From assembly GCA_012295275.1 (NCBI GenBank), contig CM022673.1:15996001-16060000 (forward strand): a stretch of DNA of 64,000 nucleotides. The letters are read 5' to 3'. The translations under genes were made by a program, and so were the position numbers. Every line of letters begins with the position of its first letter. The stretch's first letter is position 1. The notes under the pieces were generated by a model. It worked only from the letters and a program-made list of their open reading frames with translations. It was not told the DNA's origin and ran no database searches. This document shows positions 63,701 to 64,000 of this stretch, piece by piece. The DNA is from Chrysomallon squamiferum (taxonomy: Eukaryota > Animalia > Mollusca).

Positions 63701-64000
63701 TGAAAAAGCAACATATAAAGCTCAACATTTTGGTCAAAGTTTAAAAAGAAAAACAGCTGTATCTGTCACCAATAAACTGAATAATACAGAACAGAATAAA
63801 ATAAAATAAAATAAAATTTCAAAAGGAATGATAATAATAAACAAAACCAACAAACCAGTGTTGGAGAAATCTAAAAAGATTCTATCTAATTTTGTTTAGA
63901 CATATTTAATCATTCTTAAATACATTTTCATTCCTAAAAATACAAGGGCTACAAATAATTTATTCTACATGTTTTTTTGTTGGGTTTTTTTGTTTTGTTC

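Overview
Eukaryotic, very AT-rich, microsatellite-rich animal genomic DNA with GT-AG introns. The style is consistent with an invertebrate such as a mollusc, but that is inference only. Five spliced genes were reconstructed by hand with exon phases checked: (1) protein phosphatase inhibitor-2/PPP1R2 (+, 186-1966, 4 exons, 210 aa); (2) RP2/XRP2 ARL3-GAP (-, 27835-17650, 9 exons), with an apparent 1-nt frameshift in exon 8 and a candidate alternative myristoylated first exon; (3,4) a head-to-head pair of full-length, ATD-containing, strongly diverged ionotropic glutamate receptor-family paralogues (iGluR-A, -, 39637-31028, 871 aa; iGluR-B, +, 41777-50551, 861 aa); and (5) the last two coding exons of an RS-domain protein gene (-, 56754-55495), with a candidate poison exon upstream. 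The best candidate for an undescribed system is the iGluR pair. A has a genomically encoded Lys-Arg pore tip and a glutamate-type pocket, while B has a QGT pore tip, an Asp in M3 and a non-glutamate-type pocket, which suggests a co-regulated heteromeric channel. iGluR-B also carries a nested inverted duplication that can base-pair with one of its own splice donors. Most ORFs in the supplied track are microsatellite artefacts.
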